DNA of 64,000 nt from Cyanophora paradoxa CCMP329 (Eukaryota; Plantae; Glaucophyta). Each line of letters opens with the position of its first letter. Position 1 is the stretch's first letter. Below are positions 1 to 13,000 of this stretch, piece after piece. A model generated the notes under the pieces. It made no database searches and was not told the DNA's origin. It saw only the letters and a program-made list of their open reading frames with translations. Both the position numbers and the translations under genes were made by a program. The stretch is from positions 62,001 to 126,000 of the forward strand of contig QPMI01000434.1 in assembly GCA_004431415.1 (NCBI GenBank). Reading direction: 5' to 3'.

Positions 1-250
1 GTCACCTACGCCAGCGCCAGCTGCGCCACAGCCAAAACCGGCCCAGCCACCGCCGCCGGCGCCGCCCGCCGCCCAGCCTGAGCCGCCGAAGCCATCCCCG
101 CCTCCAGCAGCTCCACAGCAGCAGCAGAATGCTGCTCCAGAGAACGGCCACGTCAAGTTCGACCCGACAAAAGAGAAAGCGGCTGTAGCAAACGGGCATG
201 ACACAGACAAGAGGCCAAACAGCCGCGGCTTGTCAGACAAGAAGACTTCT

Positions 251-1748
251 ATGGCAACTCACCCTCGGTTCGCGGATATGAAGGACGATGAGAAGAAGGA
301 CGCACGGGCGGAATCGGGGACGCCCGTCCTGCACGCCGGGTCCATCTTCCGAAAGAGCAGCAAGAGCGAGTCTTTCAACAAGAACACCCCCACAGATGGC
401 AAAAGCAACGTACGCGCCTTGACTTGGTCTCCCTGGGATCCCCCGCACTTCGGACTGATCGGAGCATGCCGTCCCTCAGATCAACCCAGATCAGTACGAG
501 ACAATAGAGGATGTGCAGAAAGCACTCAAAGAAGCTGGTCTTCACGACAGGTGCCTGGCGCCCCCGCGTCCCCCCGGTTTCATCCACACTAGCTAACGCC
601 GCCCGTGCGCTCCCGCTTTGCAGCGCTCTTATTGTCGGTGTAGATTTTACTAAGAGTAACGAGGGTGAGTCCGTCCCTCGCTGAATCGGTCGGGGCAAAG
701 GAGTCGGTCTGAGCGCCAACCTCGCGCAGAGAATGGCATGTACTCGCACGACGGGGACTCGCTTCATAAGATATACGAGGACGGGCGGTTGAACCCGTAC
801 CAGGAGGTGATCAGCACCATCGGGCGGACTCTAGCGTCTTTTGATGATGGTGCGGTCACCACGCCGCAGCGCTGCCCGCTCCTTTGCTGAATGTGCGTTC
901 TTTTGTCGCGGCAGACGGTCTGATCCCAACGTACGGGTTCGGAGACGCGTTGGTAAAGGACCGCGAGTGCTTCTCCTTAGCTGAGCGGCTCGAGGGGACG
1001 GACCGGCCCTGCAAAGGCTTCGAGGAAGTCCTGGTCCGCCCCGCCGGGCGCCGCTCTGCGAAGGCGCGCGCCGCTCGCTCACGCGCGCGCGAGCAGGAGA
1101 TCTACAAGAAGATCCTGGACCTGGTCGAGCTCGACGGTGCGCTGGGCCGGCGCCGGAGCCGCGCTTGCGCTGCTCGGCGGGGCTGACGAGGGGCGGGGCG
1201 GGTAGGGCCGACGTCCTACACGCCGATCATATCGAAGGCGATCGAGATCGTGCAGCGGACGAAGCAGTACCACATCCTCCTCATCATCACTGACGGTGCG
1301 GCGGGCGGGCGGCGGGGCGGGCGGGCGGCGGGCGGGGCCGGGGTCCGAGCCTCGCGTGCGCGGCAGGGGTGACGCTGACGGAGGAGCTGGACCGGCGGGC
1401 GATCCGGGAGGCGAGCAACTACCCGCTCTCGATCGTGATCGTGGGGGTCGGGGACGGCCCCTGGGGCCAGGTCAAGATCCTTGACGACCTCGAGGGCCGC
1501 AAGTTCGACAACGTCCAGTTCGTCGTGAGCGCCGGCCCCGGCAGTCGAACCCGCGCGCCCCTCACGCCGGCGGCGGCGCGCCCCAGAACTACGAGAAGAT
1601 CCGGAAGAAGCACGCGGGGCAGGACTCCAAGTTCGCGGCGACGGCGCTGCAGGAGATCCCGCCTCAGTACCGCGCCATCCAGTCCCTGGGCCTCCTCGAG
1701 GCGAACGCAGCCGCCCCGGCCCCCCCCCACGCCGCCCCGGCATCCTGA
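251..1748 (+). CDS. Copine/vWA protein of the RGLG (RING domain ligase) type, with no C-terminal RING; multi-exon
   Basis: Spliced exons give DQYETIEDVQKALKEAGLHDSALIVGVDFTKSNE...[30 protein letters not shown]...YHILLIITDG...ASNYPLSIVIVGVGDGPW...RKFDNVQFV...FAATALQEIPPQY. Stop TGA at 1746-1748. Confidence 0.88.
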
Positions 1749-2009
1749 GCCCCATCCGCCCCTCCCGCCTCCGCTCCCTCCGCCCTCCGCGCCCCGCCCC
1801 TCCTCCTGCCCCGCGGCGATCTCATTCCCCAGCCGCCGCTGGGCCTAGCCTTGCCGCCCCTCAGGGCGGCGATACCTCAGTCTTTAGCCTCCGATCCTCT
1901 GTAAATCTTATGCTTTGCATTCACACGCGTGGTTTTTGTATGTTTCTGTATGCCGACAATCAGTTCTATACTAAGTCTACGGTTCGCTGGCGGTGGCGCG
2001 GGGGGCTGG

Positions 2010-5000
2010 CTAGTGGGCGGGCGCAGGTCGCGGGGCGGGGTAGAGGGTTTCCCGCACGGGCTTCGTGGGGCCCGGGGCCGGGGCGGGGGCCCTGGGGCGC
2101 GGGGCGGAGGGGGCGGGGCGGGAGAGGGGCTCGTCGATGTGGGCGGGGGCGGGGGCGCCGGGGCCCTCGCGCGGGGAGAGGGGCGGCGAAAAGGACGGCT
2201 CCTCTGTCAGGTCGCCCTGCCGAGCAGCGCGGTCGGCGGCGCGCAGGCGCCGGCGGGCGCGCGGGCCGGCGGGGCGCACGAAGGCGGAGGTGTTGAGCTC
2301 GCGCGTGAACTCGGACTGGAGCCACGCCTGCGCCTCCTTCCCGGGCCGCTGCGCAGCGGGGAGTTGAGTGCGTGACTCGCGCGGGCCGGGGGGCGGGGGC
2401 GGGGCGGGGGTACGTGGAAGGCGTGGAGCCGGTCGAGGTTGCGGGAGATCATGGAGAGGAGGGGTACCGGCGGCAGCGGCGGGAGCGGGGGCAGGGCACG
2501 GGCCTCGCGACGGGCGCGCCGGCCTCCCCGGCGTGCCACGAGCTCAGCCAGCCCGCCGCCGGGTGCGTGGCGGCCGCTGGCGGAGCAGGCGGCGGCGCGG
2601 GGCCGCCGGCGGAGGCGGCGCGGGGCGGCGGCGGGGGCCGCTTCGGGCGGCGGCGGGCGGCGGGCGCGGCGGGCTGGGCCGGGGCCGGCCCGGGGGCGCC
2701 GGCTGGGCGTGCGTGGCGGGGGAGGGCGCGGGCATAACGGGGGAAGGGCGGCGGTGTCGGAGGGGAAGGGGGGAGGGGGCGGGGCTGGAGCGAACTGACG
2801 GGGAAGGCCCCACGGCGGGCAGGCCGACGACGAGGGAGACAGAGGGCCGCGGGGCGTTCGTCGAGCCTGAGCCAACGGAGCGCGGCGCTCAGGGGAGACG
2901 AGAAGAGGGGAGGGGGGGGGGGGGGGGGGGGGGGGGCGGTGAAGAAGAGGGGGGCGGACCTTCGAGGGCGTCGGGGCCGGCGAGGGGGGCGCGGGGGACG
3001 AAGTCGGAGCCGTCGCGGGCGGGGAGGACGCACTCCGCGGGGTCCACGAAGCCGTCGACGGCCTCGCGGTGCCGCAGGAGCTCGCCGAGGGCGGCGTGCG
3101 CGTGGCCCCGCACCTCCGCGTCCGGGTCCACCAGCAGCGGCAGCGCCAGCGGCATCACCCTGCGCCGCCCCCGCGCTCGCCCTCGCCCCAGCCGGGGAGC
3201 TCGGCCGAGCGCGGCGCACCGGAGGGCGGCGGTCCAGGGGCTCTGGGCCTCCTTGCTCTCGGCGAGGGCCCGCAGGGCGGCGATGCGGACCTCGCGGGCG
3301 GGGTCCTGCAGGCCCGCCTTGAGCGCGTTGAGCATGCGGTTCGTGCCGGCGTGCGGCGAGAGGAACCAGAGGCCGCCCAACGCGTGCAGCGCCTGCACGC
3401 GCACCCCCGCCTCGCCGTCCGTCGTCGCCACCCGGCACAGCTCCGGCGTGATCTGTCGCGCGAGTGAAGGGAGGGGAGCGGCGTGCGCGCGGGGAGCCGG
3501 CTGAGGGGAGCGGGGCGCACGCGGGTGTTGACGAGGGTGAGGCCCTCGCGGGGCCCCCAGGGCTGCTGCTGCTGGGCGTGGCCCGGGCCGGGGGGAAGGA
3601 GCTTGGCGGGCCCCGCGGAGCGCGCCTCGGCATCGAGCTGGAGCAGGCGCCAGGAGAGGACGAGGAGGGAGGAGATGGAGGCCGCCACCAGCTCGGCGCT
3701 CGTGTCCCGCAGGCCCACCAGCGCGCTCCCCAGCACCTCCCCCCGCAGCGCCCCCGGCGGGATCTGCGCGACGGCGAAGGGGCCGGCTCGGGGCGGGCCG
3801 GATGAGACGCGGGGCGGGGCGGGGCGGACGAGGGAGACGAAGACGTGGAGGCACTCGGCGAGGACGAGGCGAACGGCCCGCGAGCGCGACCCGCAGCTCG
3901 CCAGCAGGAACGGCAGCACGCTCTCCTTGTACTCGCCCCACGGCACCACCCCCCGCACCTCCGCCAGCCCCGCCGGCGGCTCCGGCATCCCCGCTGGCAC
4001 CGCCGGGGCGCTGCGCCGGCGTGAGCGGGTGCGGTGGAGGGGCGGGGCGGGGCGGGCGGACAAGAGGGAGGGGAGGAAGGGCCCGACGCTCGGCTCGGTG
4101 AGGAAGGCGGGGGAGAGAAAGCGGGGGAGGAGGACGCGCGTGACGCTCCTCGGGGCGAGCGGGGCCACGCGCCCCGCCAGCCCGCTGCACGAATTCAGGT
4201 CAGCTGGTGCAGCGGGGACACGCAGGCCGAAGCGCACGCAAAGAAAGCGGCCTTGGCGGCGGGCGCCTGGAGCGTGATGGTGTCCTGCGTGGCGCGGCGG
4301 CGTCGGCGGCGCGGAGGCAGAGGCCTGGGCGAGTGCAGGAGGACAGGGATAGCCGAGACACGCACGAGAAATTCCGCGATGCGCACGGCCTCATCGTCGA
4401 AGAGCTGGGGCGAGTTAGGGGCGGGGGCGGGGCGGGGGCGGGGCGGGGCGGGGCGGGGGCGGGGCACCGGGTCCTTGACGACGTCGGCCATGCGGGGCCG
4501 CTGGGCGGGGTCGTTGTGGCAGAGGCGGGCGATGATGGGCTCGACCTCGCGCCGCGGGAGCGTGGCGACGAGCGGCAGCAGCGACTCCAGCAGCTTCCCG
4601 AAGCACCTGCGCCGGCCCCGCTCAGCGGCGGCGGCAGCGCGCCTGCGCCGTGGGACTGGACGGACCACGCGTCGCGGGCGTGCGCGCCGCCGGCGACCGC
4701 GGGGCGGCCGTCCTCGGGGGGGATGGTCGACGGGGGCCGGAGGCCGCGCAGGGGCAGCGAGCAGAGGGCGTCGGCGCTCGCGTCGTCGCCCCGGGAGCAG
4801 CAGAAGCTCAGGTCGGCGAGCTTCCAGTCGCGCGTGGGGGCCGCCGAGACGACGATGGCGTCCAGCGTGACGGCGTTGTGCGCCAGGTTCGTCGACTCGA
4901 GGAAGGCCAGCGCGCGCGCGATCTGCAGCAGGCCCAGCAGCACCTCGCTCTTCGAGAGCGACGAGAGGTTGCCATGCAGCGACTCGAACCTGCGCCGAAC

Positions 5001-5383
5001 GGGTTCGGCAGAGAGCGCCGGGCCGTGGCGCTGGAGAAGCGCACGGCTCTGTTATGATGTACACGGCGCTGGGAGTGGTCTGGGAGTTGATGTATTTCAC
5101 AATGTTCGGGTGCCGCGTGGTCTTGAGCCTGAAAGCGGCATTGGCCGCGGCCTGGTAATCGTCGGTCAGCTCAACGGCGGTGAATTCGCGGGCCGTGTAC
5201 CGTGAGCGCGGCCTTGTCCACGTCGCGTTGTCCCGCTTTCTCGCACACGGAGATCACAACATCACGCGCATTTGGGTCCTTACTTCCGGAGGCTGCGCCG
5301 TAGGTGTACTTGAAGACGCTGGAAACCGGCTGCTGCTCCAGCGCCCCCGTCGGCGTGAATTCTTTCGAGCCCGAAGCACCCAT
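2010..5383 (-). CDS. SCY1-like pseudokinase with HEAT repeats (SCYL3-like, N-myristoylation motif); 3' end approximate
   Basis: Starts MGASGSK; LKTTRHPNIVKYI; LLGLLQIARALAFLESTNLAHNAVTLDAIVV...DWKLADL; later HEAT-like segments (GLQDPAREVRIAALRAL, LLVDPDAEVR). Confidence 0.8.
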
Positions 5384-5756
5384 GAACTCGCGCCGCTACC
5401 GCGCTGGCGGCTTGTGCGAGGCGCCTGCGCTCGCGCCTCAGCAGCGCGAGCCAAGGGCCCGCTGCGGCAGCGCACCTCGGAGGTTCGACGGCCTTGAGAC
5501 AGCCAATAGCTCCGTCCAGCGGATGCTCGCGTGCGACGCTTCACGCGTCTAGTCGATTGCTGGCCGAAAGTCCCGCTTTGCAATTGAACAAACTCGGCCT
5601 TTGCACGCCGCTCTCGCGCTAGCAAAAGAAGTCCGGCGTTCGCGCTCCAGGACCTCGTGCAAACGTTCGACGCGATACCCCTCTCCAAGACGACGCTCAG
5701 GACGCTGGGCATCTGAAGTGGCCTGATCCGCCGCATCCGATCGCAAAGCGCTCGCG

Positions 5757-8700
5757 ATGGTGAAGATTAGCACGCCCTCAGCCGATGCTGAGGCGCTGAA
5801 GGTGGCGACGGCGTGTGCTCTCTACAAGCAGCCCGTCTCGCTCGTCGGACTGTCTCGGCAGCGCGGTGAGTGTAGCTAGTGTTCGGCTAGCCGCTCGACG
5901 CGCTCCGTCTTCGCTTGCGTGCCGTCGCCTCGACGTTGTCATCACGGCGATCCGCTTCTCACGCCCGCCCCGGCGCGCAGCGACGTCTGCGTTGTACAAG
6001 CAGCTCACCGGCGGCCTTTTCCCCGTTATCGAGATCGAGGACGGCAAGGTCCTCTTTGATGCCAACGCGCTCGTCCGGTGCGCTCGCGCGTCGTAGCGAT
6101 CGGGAGGGGCTCCGGTTCGAGCGGCGGGCGCTGCAGCTTCCTCGCGAAGGAGAAGCCTGCTGCGGGCCTGGAGTGGACCGAGTGGGAGGCGACCTGCCTC
6201 CGCCCCGCCATCGCGTCCGGGGTGCGTCGCCCGGCCCTGCTCCTTGTCGGCGCCCGGGCGACGAGCTGAGCGTCCGCGGCAGAGCGCGGCGTCGATCAAA
6301 TCCGCGCTGCAGCGCGCCGAGCACGCCCTGGCGAGCCACAAGTTCCTGTCCGGAGTGCGCGATGGCAGCTGGCGGCGCGGCGGTCGCTGCTGACGGGCTG
6401 CGGCGCAGGCATCGTGCGGCTCGGCGGACGTGATCGCGTGGTCGACGCTGCACCTCGCCCTGGCGGCGGTCTCCGCGGCTGGCCCGAAGGTCTCCGCCTG
6501 GCTCGCGGCCGTCGGCGGCACCGACGCCGCCAAGGCTGGCCTCAAGGCGTTCGACGATGTACGCATCTCCGGCGGCTGCGCGCTCGCGGGTGCCGCCTGA
6601 CGCCCGCGCAGCTGAAGACGCAGCTGGCGGCGCTCGGACCAAGGAAGCCGCAGGCGGGGCGGCGGAACGTGCTGGTGACGAGTGCGCTGCCGTACGTGAA
6701 CAACGTGCCGCACCTCGGCAACATCATCGGCTGCGTCCTCTCCGCCGACGTCTTCGCACGGTACCCCTCCCCCGCCCCGCCCGCTCCAAGCCTGACCCGG
6801 AGCTGGAACCCCGAAGGTACTGCCGGCTGCGGGGGTACAACGTGATCTACATGTGCGGGACGGACGAGTACGGCACGGCGACGGAGACCAAGGCCCAGGA
6901 GATGGGCGTCTCCCCCAAGCAGGCCCGCAGCCCCCTCCCCCTCGCCGTACCCCCGCCGCCTGACCCTCCCCCGCCCGCGCAGATCTGCGACCACTACCAC
7001 GCGATTCACCGGGACATCTACCAGTGGTCCGCTGTCGCCGCCTGCGGCAGCTGGGGGCACCGGGGGCCGGCAGGGCGCTGAAGAGGGGCCCTCTTTCGCA
7101 GGTTCGACATCGCGTTCGACAACTTCGGGCGCACGTCGCACCCGAAGCAGACCGTCATCGCCCAGGACATCTTCAAGAAGGCCCGCCCCGCGCGCCCCGC
7201 CCCGCCCTCTCCGCCCGCGCTGAGGCGGGGCGCAGCTGGAAGCGAAGAAGCTGCTGCTGGAGCAGTCCATGGAGCAGCTCTTCTGCGACAAGGGCTGCAA
7301 CAAGTTCCTCGCCGACCGGTCCGCCCCCGGCCCGGGCCCGACGCCCGGGGCTCGAAGCCTCAGAGGGGCCCCAGCTTCGCGGAGGGAACTTGCCCCTTCT
7401 GCAACTACGCGGACGCGCGGGGGGACCAGTGCGACGCGTGCGGGAAGCTGATGAACCCGGCGGAGCTGAAGAACCCGCGGTGCAAGACGTGCGGGAAGCC
7501 GCCCGTGCTGCGCTCCACCCAGCACCTCTTCCTAGACCTGCCGACGATCAGCCCGCGCCTCAAGGAGTGGATCGACAGCGCCTCCGTCAAGGGCTTCTGG
7601 TCCGCCAACTCCCTCCAGCTCACCCAGGCCCGCCCCCGCCCCCCCCCCCCCCCCCCCCCCCCCCCCGATCTCATTTTTCGGGGCAGGCGTGGATCCGGGA
7701 CGGGCTGAAGCCGCGGTGCATCACGCGGGACCTCAAGTGGGGCATCCCCGTCCCCAACGAGCGCTTCCAGGACAAGGTCCGCATCCCACCGGGGGCACAG
7801 CCTGCACCGGAGCTTGAGCTGTGAGGGCAGGTGCTCTACGTCTGGTTCGACGCCCCCATCGGCTACATCTCCATCACCGCTGATTACACCGGTTCGAGCC
7901 GCGCATCTGGAGCACAGAGCGCACGCGCCTCTCGCTGACTCGCGCGGGCGCTGGGCGGGGCGCAGAGGACTGGCAGAAGTGGTGGCAGTCGCCGGAGGAG
8001 GTCGAGCTCTTCCAGTTCATGGGGAAGGACAACGTCCCCTTCCACACCGTCATCTTCCCCTCCTGCCTCCTCGGCACCGTGCGGCCCGCAGGGGGAGGGG
8101 GCAGGCCGGGGGCGGGCGCGTGGCAGGGCCTCTGACGCGGGGCGCGCGGCGGGCGGGGCAGGGGGAGGGGTGGACGAAGCTGCACCACATCTCGACGACG
8201 GAGTACCTGAACTACGAGGAGGGCAAGTTCTCGAAGAGCCGCGGCGTCGGCGTCTTCGGCGACGACGCCAAGCACACCGGCATCCCCTCCGAGGCCCGCC
8301 CCGCGCCCCCCGCCCCGCCCCGCCCCGCCCCGCGCCTCGCGCGACCCCGCGGCTGCAGGTCTGGCGCTACTACCTCCTCGTGAACCGCCCGGAGCAGTCC
8401 GACACGCAGTTCGCCTGGACCGACTTCGCCGCCAAGGTCCCTCCCCCCCACCCTCCCGCCGCCGCCCGCCCTCACGGCGGCCCCCCGCCGGCAGAACAAC
8501 AACGAGCTGCTGGCGAACCTGGGCAACTTCATCAACCGCATCCTCGCCTTCGTGGCGTCGCGCTTCGACTCGACGGTGCCGGCGCTGGGGCCGCTGGCGC
8601 CCGAGGACCAGAAGCTCGTCGACGACGTCGCCAAGGAGGTCCAGGACTACGTCGCCCACCTCGAGAAGGTCCCCCCTTCCTTCCTTCCCCTTCTTGTTTC

Positions 8701-9385
8701 CTAGAGCCCTAGCTGGATAGCTCGTTCAGAGCACTCCGGGCCTCGGACACAGGGGCGAGCACAGAGCGCTCGGGCTCGCGCCACGGGAGGACGCCCGTCG
8801 TCGCCCCGGGGCGGCCGCTGACTCGCGGGGCCGGCGCAGGTGCGCATCAAGGACGGCCTCCGCATTGCGATGAACGTCTCCCGCCTTGGCAACGGCTACA
8901 TGCAGGCCCGCCCCCGCTCTGATCTGCTCCGCCTCGCCTCGCCCTCGTGACGCCGCGCGCAGGAGCTCAAGCCCTGGGTCCTGGTCAAGGAGAACATGCC
9001 GCGGGCCCAGACGGTACGGACCGGCCCGCACCTCGGCCCCCGCCTCGCCGGGGCGAGCGGGCGGCAGGTGGTGGCGCTGTGCACGAACGTGGTGCGGCTG
9101 CTGGCGGTGCTGCTGGAGCCGTACATGCCGGCCTTCTCCCGCAACGTCTTCACCCAGCTCGGCCTCCCCGAGCGTCCGCCCGCCCCGCCCCCGCCCCCGC
9201 CCCCGCCCCCCCTGAGCCGCGGGGCAGTGGCGGGGAGCGAGGAGCTGCGGCTGGACCCGGGGGCGCCGCTGGGGAGCTACCTGGCGGCGGGCCATCGGAT
9301 CGGGAAGCCGTCGCCCCTCTTCCGGGCCATCGGCGAGGACGAGGTCAAGGCCCTCCGCTCCCGCTTCGCCGGCAAGCAGAACTAG
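5757..9385 (+). CDS. MARS: Cytosolic-type methionyl-tRNA synthetase with N-terminal GST-like domain
   Basis: [30 protein letters not shown] (HIGH motif), [11 protein letters not shown], zinc knuckle [55 protein letters not shown] (KMSKS motif). Stop TAG at 9383-9385. Confidence 0.96.
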
Positions 9386-9554
9386 GCCGAGGCCAGGCCG
9401 CCCCCTCCCGCCCGCGCCGGCCCCGCCCCGCGAACCGCGCGCTGGGGCCGTCTTGGAGCAGGCCTATTTACAGGCCATTCCACAGCTAGGAAAATTCAGC
9501 GCCCCCTTGTTGGAGCAAGTTGGAGCCTTTGAGGCCGGCGCAGCCTCCGCGCAG

Positions 9555-9593
9555 GCGGCGCAGCGGCGCAGCGGCGCAGCGGCGCAGCGGCGC
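9555..9593. repeat. Tandem 8-mer (GCGGCGCA) x about 5
   Basis: Directly visible in the spacer after MetRS. Confidence 0.85.
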
Positions 9594-10052
9594 CCTAGGC
9601 CTTCTTGGGACTGGACCGTTCCCTTCATCGGGCTCGCGAGCTCGAGCTTCATTTTTTCCCGAAGCTCCACGAAGTGTTGCCGGTCCGCAGCACACGAGGG
9701 GGTATGCCCTCGCGAAGAGCCCGCTGTCGTGAGCTGCTCCGATCCTGGCGTCAACTCCGGCACGCGACATGGCGCACAGCCGGCGCCTGACAGCTAGCGC
9801 TGCGCCGCTCCTCTAGATCTAGCCATAGCCAGCGCGTACACTTAGCTGCGCAGTGCGCCAACTCGGAAGATCCGAGCCCGCGGCTGCGAGCTTCACTTTA
9901 GAAGCGCTTGGGTTAAGTGAGTCCAGTTTAGCAGAGAGCTGCCCTGCGCGCGGCTGAATCGGCCGGTGGTCGGAGCCCCGAACGGATCCGCTGGCCCACA
10001 ACCAGCTGCGCGGGGCGCGTGGGACGGCGGAGTGCTGGCCCCTGCACTTGCA

Positions 10053-13000
10053 ATGACCACAGTGCTGGATGTTGGGCAGCCCCCGCCAGCTACAGATGCA
10101 GATGGCCACGGGGCGCAGCGGCCGCCGCCGAGACCTCCCGGACACAACCTTCCCAGGAGCTCTACTCTGGCCATTTCCCACCCCATCCAGGTGCGATCAA
10201 TCTCCAGAGCGGTTCGCAGAGCGCGCGCGGCTCGCAGTAACGCCCGCGCGCCCTCGCCCACAGGTCACGTTCGCCAATCTGAGCTACAAGGTCTTCCTGA
10301 AGAAGAAGGCACGCCTGCCCCCTTCGGCCCGTCCCCGCACAGAAACCTCACGCTCGCCTGCAGGAGGTGAAGCACATCTTGAAGGACTGCTGCGGCGTCT
10401 TCCAGCCGGCGCGCTTCACGGCCATCCTGGGTGCGGCCCCGGGCGTCGACGTCGACCCCGATCCCCTCCGTGGCCGACGGGTCTCCCACGCGCGCCGGCG
10501 CGCAGGGGCCTCGGGGGCGGGGAAGACGACCCTATTGAACATCCTCGCGGGGCAGACCTTCGGGGGGGTCGTCGAGGGGCAGTGCGCCCCGCCCCCCGCG
10601 CCCCGGGCGCCCCGCGCGGGCGCCCCCCAAGCGTCCCGCAGGATCTCCGTAAACGGAGAGCCGGCGAATCGCTCCTTCATGCGCCGCGTCTCCGGCTTCG
10701 TGTTCCAGGGTACACCCGCCCGGGTCTCTCGCCCGCAACCCCTCCCGCCCCCTCCCTGACGGCCGAGCCCGCGGGGGCAGACGACATGATCCTGGAGACG
10801 ATGACGGTCCGCGAGGCGCTCACCATGTCGGCGCTCCTCCGCCTGCCCCCCTCCGTCACCAAGGAGGCCAAGCTGTCCGCGCCCCGGCGGGGGGTACCGC
10901 CCCGATCCTCCCTTTCCTGAGGGGGTGCGGGTCGCAGGGCGCGCGTGGAGGACACCATCGTCACGCTGCACCTCGAGCAGGCTGCCAACACGGTACCCCC
11001 CCCCCCGACTGTTTCTCCTGTTGCGGCCGTGTGCTCATACCCGGGAAGATCGTGGGGAGCACGACTACGAAGGGCATCTCGGGGGGAGAGCGCAAGCGGC
11101 GCGCCCTCGCACCCGCAGCCGCGTCTGCGCGGCGCGCCCGCTGCGCCCTCTCACGGGCCCCTCCCCCCGCAGACTGGCGTGCGGCATCGAGATGATCGTG
11201 AACCCCGGTGCGCCTGCTCCCCTCCCCCTCCCCCGCCTGCCTCACCGCCCCCCTGACCCCTCGACGACCAGGCGTGCTGTTCCTGGACGAGCCGGTGGGC
11301 GGGGGTGGTCCCCTCGGCGCTGCTCGGGCCTGCTCTGAGGGGCGTGCGGGGGGGCAGACGTCAGGGCTGGACACCTTCACGGCCTGCTCCATCGTCTCCA
11401 CCCTCAAGGCCCCGCCCCCGCCCCCGCCCCCGCCCCCCCTCCCCTGAGGCACGCCGCGTGCAGGGCCTCGCACGCGCCGGGCGCACCGTCGCCGGTGAGA
11501 GGCCCGTGCCCCTCGCACCGCGCCCTCGCTCACCCCTCGTCTCGCTGGGGCGGGGCAGCGACGCTGCACCAGCCGTCGTCGGACATCTTCCACATGTTCG
11601 ACGACCTCTGCCTCATGGCCGCCGGCCGCATCCTCTACTTCGGGCCCGCCCAGGCCTCCCTCCCCTACTTCGCCGCCGAGGGCTTCCCCTGCCCCACCTT
11701 CACCAACCCCGCGCGCCCCCTCCGCCCCCCCCACCCCCCGCCCCCCGCTCCTCCCCGCTGACCCTCTCTCCCCTTTGCAGGCTGATCACATCTTCGTGCG
11801 CACCCGCCCTCGCCCCGCCCCCTCTCAAACTCCTGTAGATCGCCCAGAGGCACCTAGCGTGCTGATGCGACGGGGCCCCGCTCGGCGCGCGCGCTCGCGC
11901 AGATGAAGATCCTGAACACGCACTACCACGAGGGCCCCGGGGGCGCGCTGGAGGGCCCCGAGGCCGCCCCCGGCGCCGCCCGCCGCATCGAGGGCCTCCT
12001 CGACAAGTCAGCGCCCCGGCGCCCCCGCCCCTCGGCGGCCCTCGCGATCGGCCTCTGAGAGGGGGCGGGCAGGTGGGGCGCCTCGGAGGCGGGGCAGGCG
12101 ATGGCGAAGGCCGTCTCCTCCCCCGTGGGGGGCGGCGTGCACGAGAGCCACATCCAGCGCGGCGCCGGCATCCTCGACCAGTTCGCCGTCCTCACCAAGC
12201 GCTGTCCGCCCCGCCCCGCACCGCACCGCGCCGCCCCGTGCCCGGAGGCTCCTGAGCGCGGCGGCAGCGCTCAAGAACGTCTTCCGCAACAAGATGATCC
12301 TCCGCGCCAAGCTCATGCAGACGGTCCGCCGGCGCGCCGGCGCCGCGCGTCGGCGCCGCCGCGCGCTGAGCCTCGTGCGGGGCAGCTCTTCATGTCGCTG
12401 CTGGGCGGCCTCATCTACCTCCGCGTCGGCACCGACCAGTACAGCATCCAGAACAGGCGCCCCGCCCCGCCCCCCGCCCCGCCCCGCCCCCGCGTCCGCT
12501 CGGCTGACCGGCCGCCCGCCCCGCAGGAACGGGGCGATGTTCTTCATGTGAGCGGGGCGCGGGCCGCGGGTCGAGGCGGGGCGCCCGCGTCGCGCCGCTC
12601 GCTGACGCGGGGCGCCGGCGCAGCGCGACGAACAACGTCATGTCGGCGACCATGGGCGTCCTCTCCGTCTTCTGGGCCGAGAAGGCCGTCTTCAGGAGGG
12701 AGCAGGCCCAGCGCATGTCCGCCCCCGCGCCCCCGCCCGCCCCGCCCCACGGGGCCCGACAGGCGTGCGTCGGGCGCAGGTACAGCACGGCGGCCTTCTT
12801 CCTCTCCAAAGTGATGGTCGAGCTACCCTTCCAGGCCCGCCCCCCCCCCCCCCCCCCCCCGCCCCCCGCCCGCCCCTGAGGCGCCCCCGCCTCCCGCGGC
12901 GCCCCGCGCGCAGGTCGTCCTCCCCTTCATCTTCTCCGTCGTCATCTGTGCGCCCCGGCCCCGCACCGCCCCCGCCCCGCACTCCGGCCCCGCCCCGCCC

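Noticed and set aside
2-199. Edge ORF on the minus strand
   Set aside because: Low complexity, truncated and without recognisable motifs.
7181-8963. Introner-type mobile introns, given repeated GCCCGC starts
   Set aside because: Introns share only terminal motifs and composition, not extended sequence identity, so no recent introner family is supported in this window.
6661-9385. Apparent frameshifts suggesting pseudogenes or programmed frameshifting
   Set aside because: Every frame change checked is resolved by a short GT-AG or GC-AG intron with a branch-like motif.
9464-9940. Possible small minus-strand gene between MetRS and ABCG (QHFVELREKMKLEL)
   Set aside because: No convincing ATG or exon chain and no recognisable homology. 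The MGNGQS ORF starts at GTG and overlaps ABCG exon 1.
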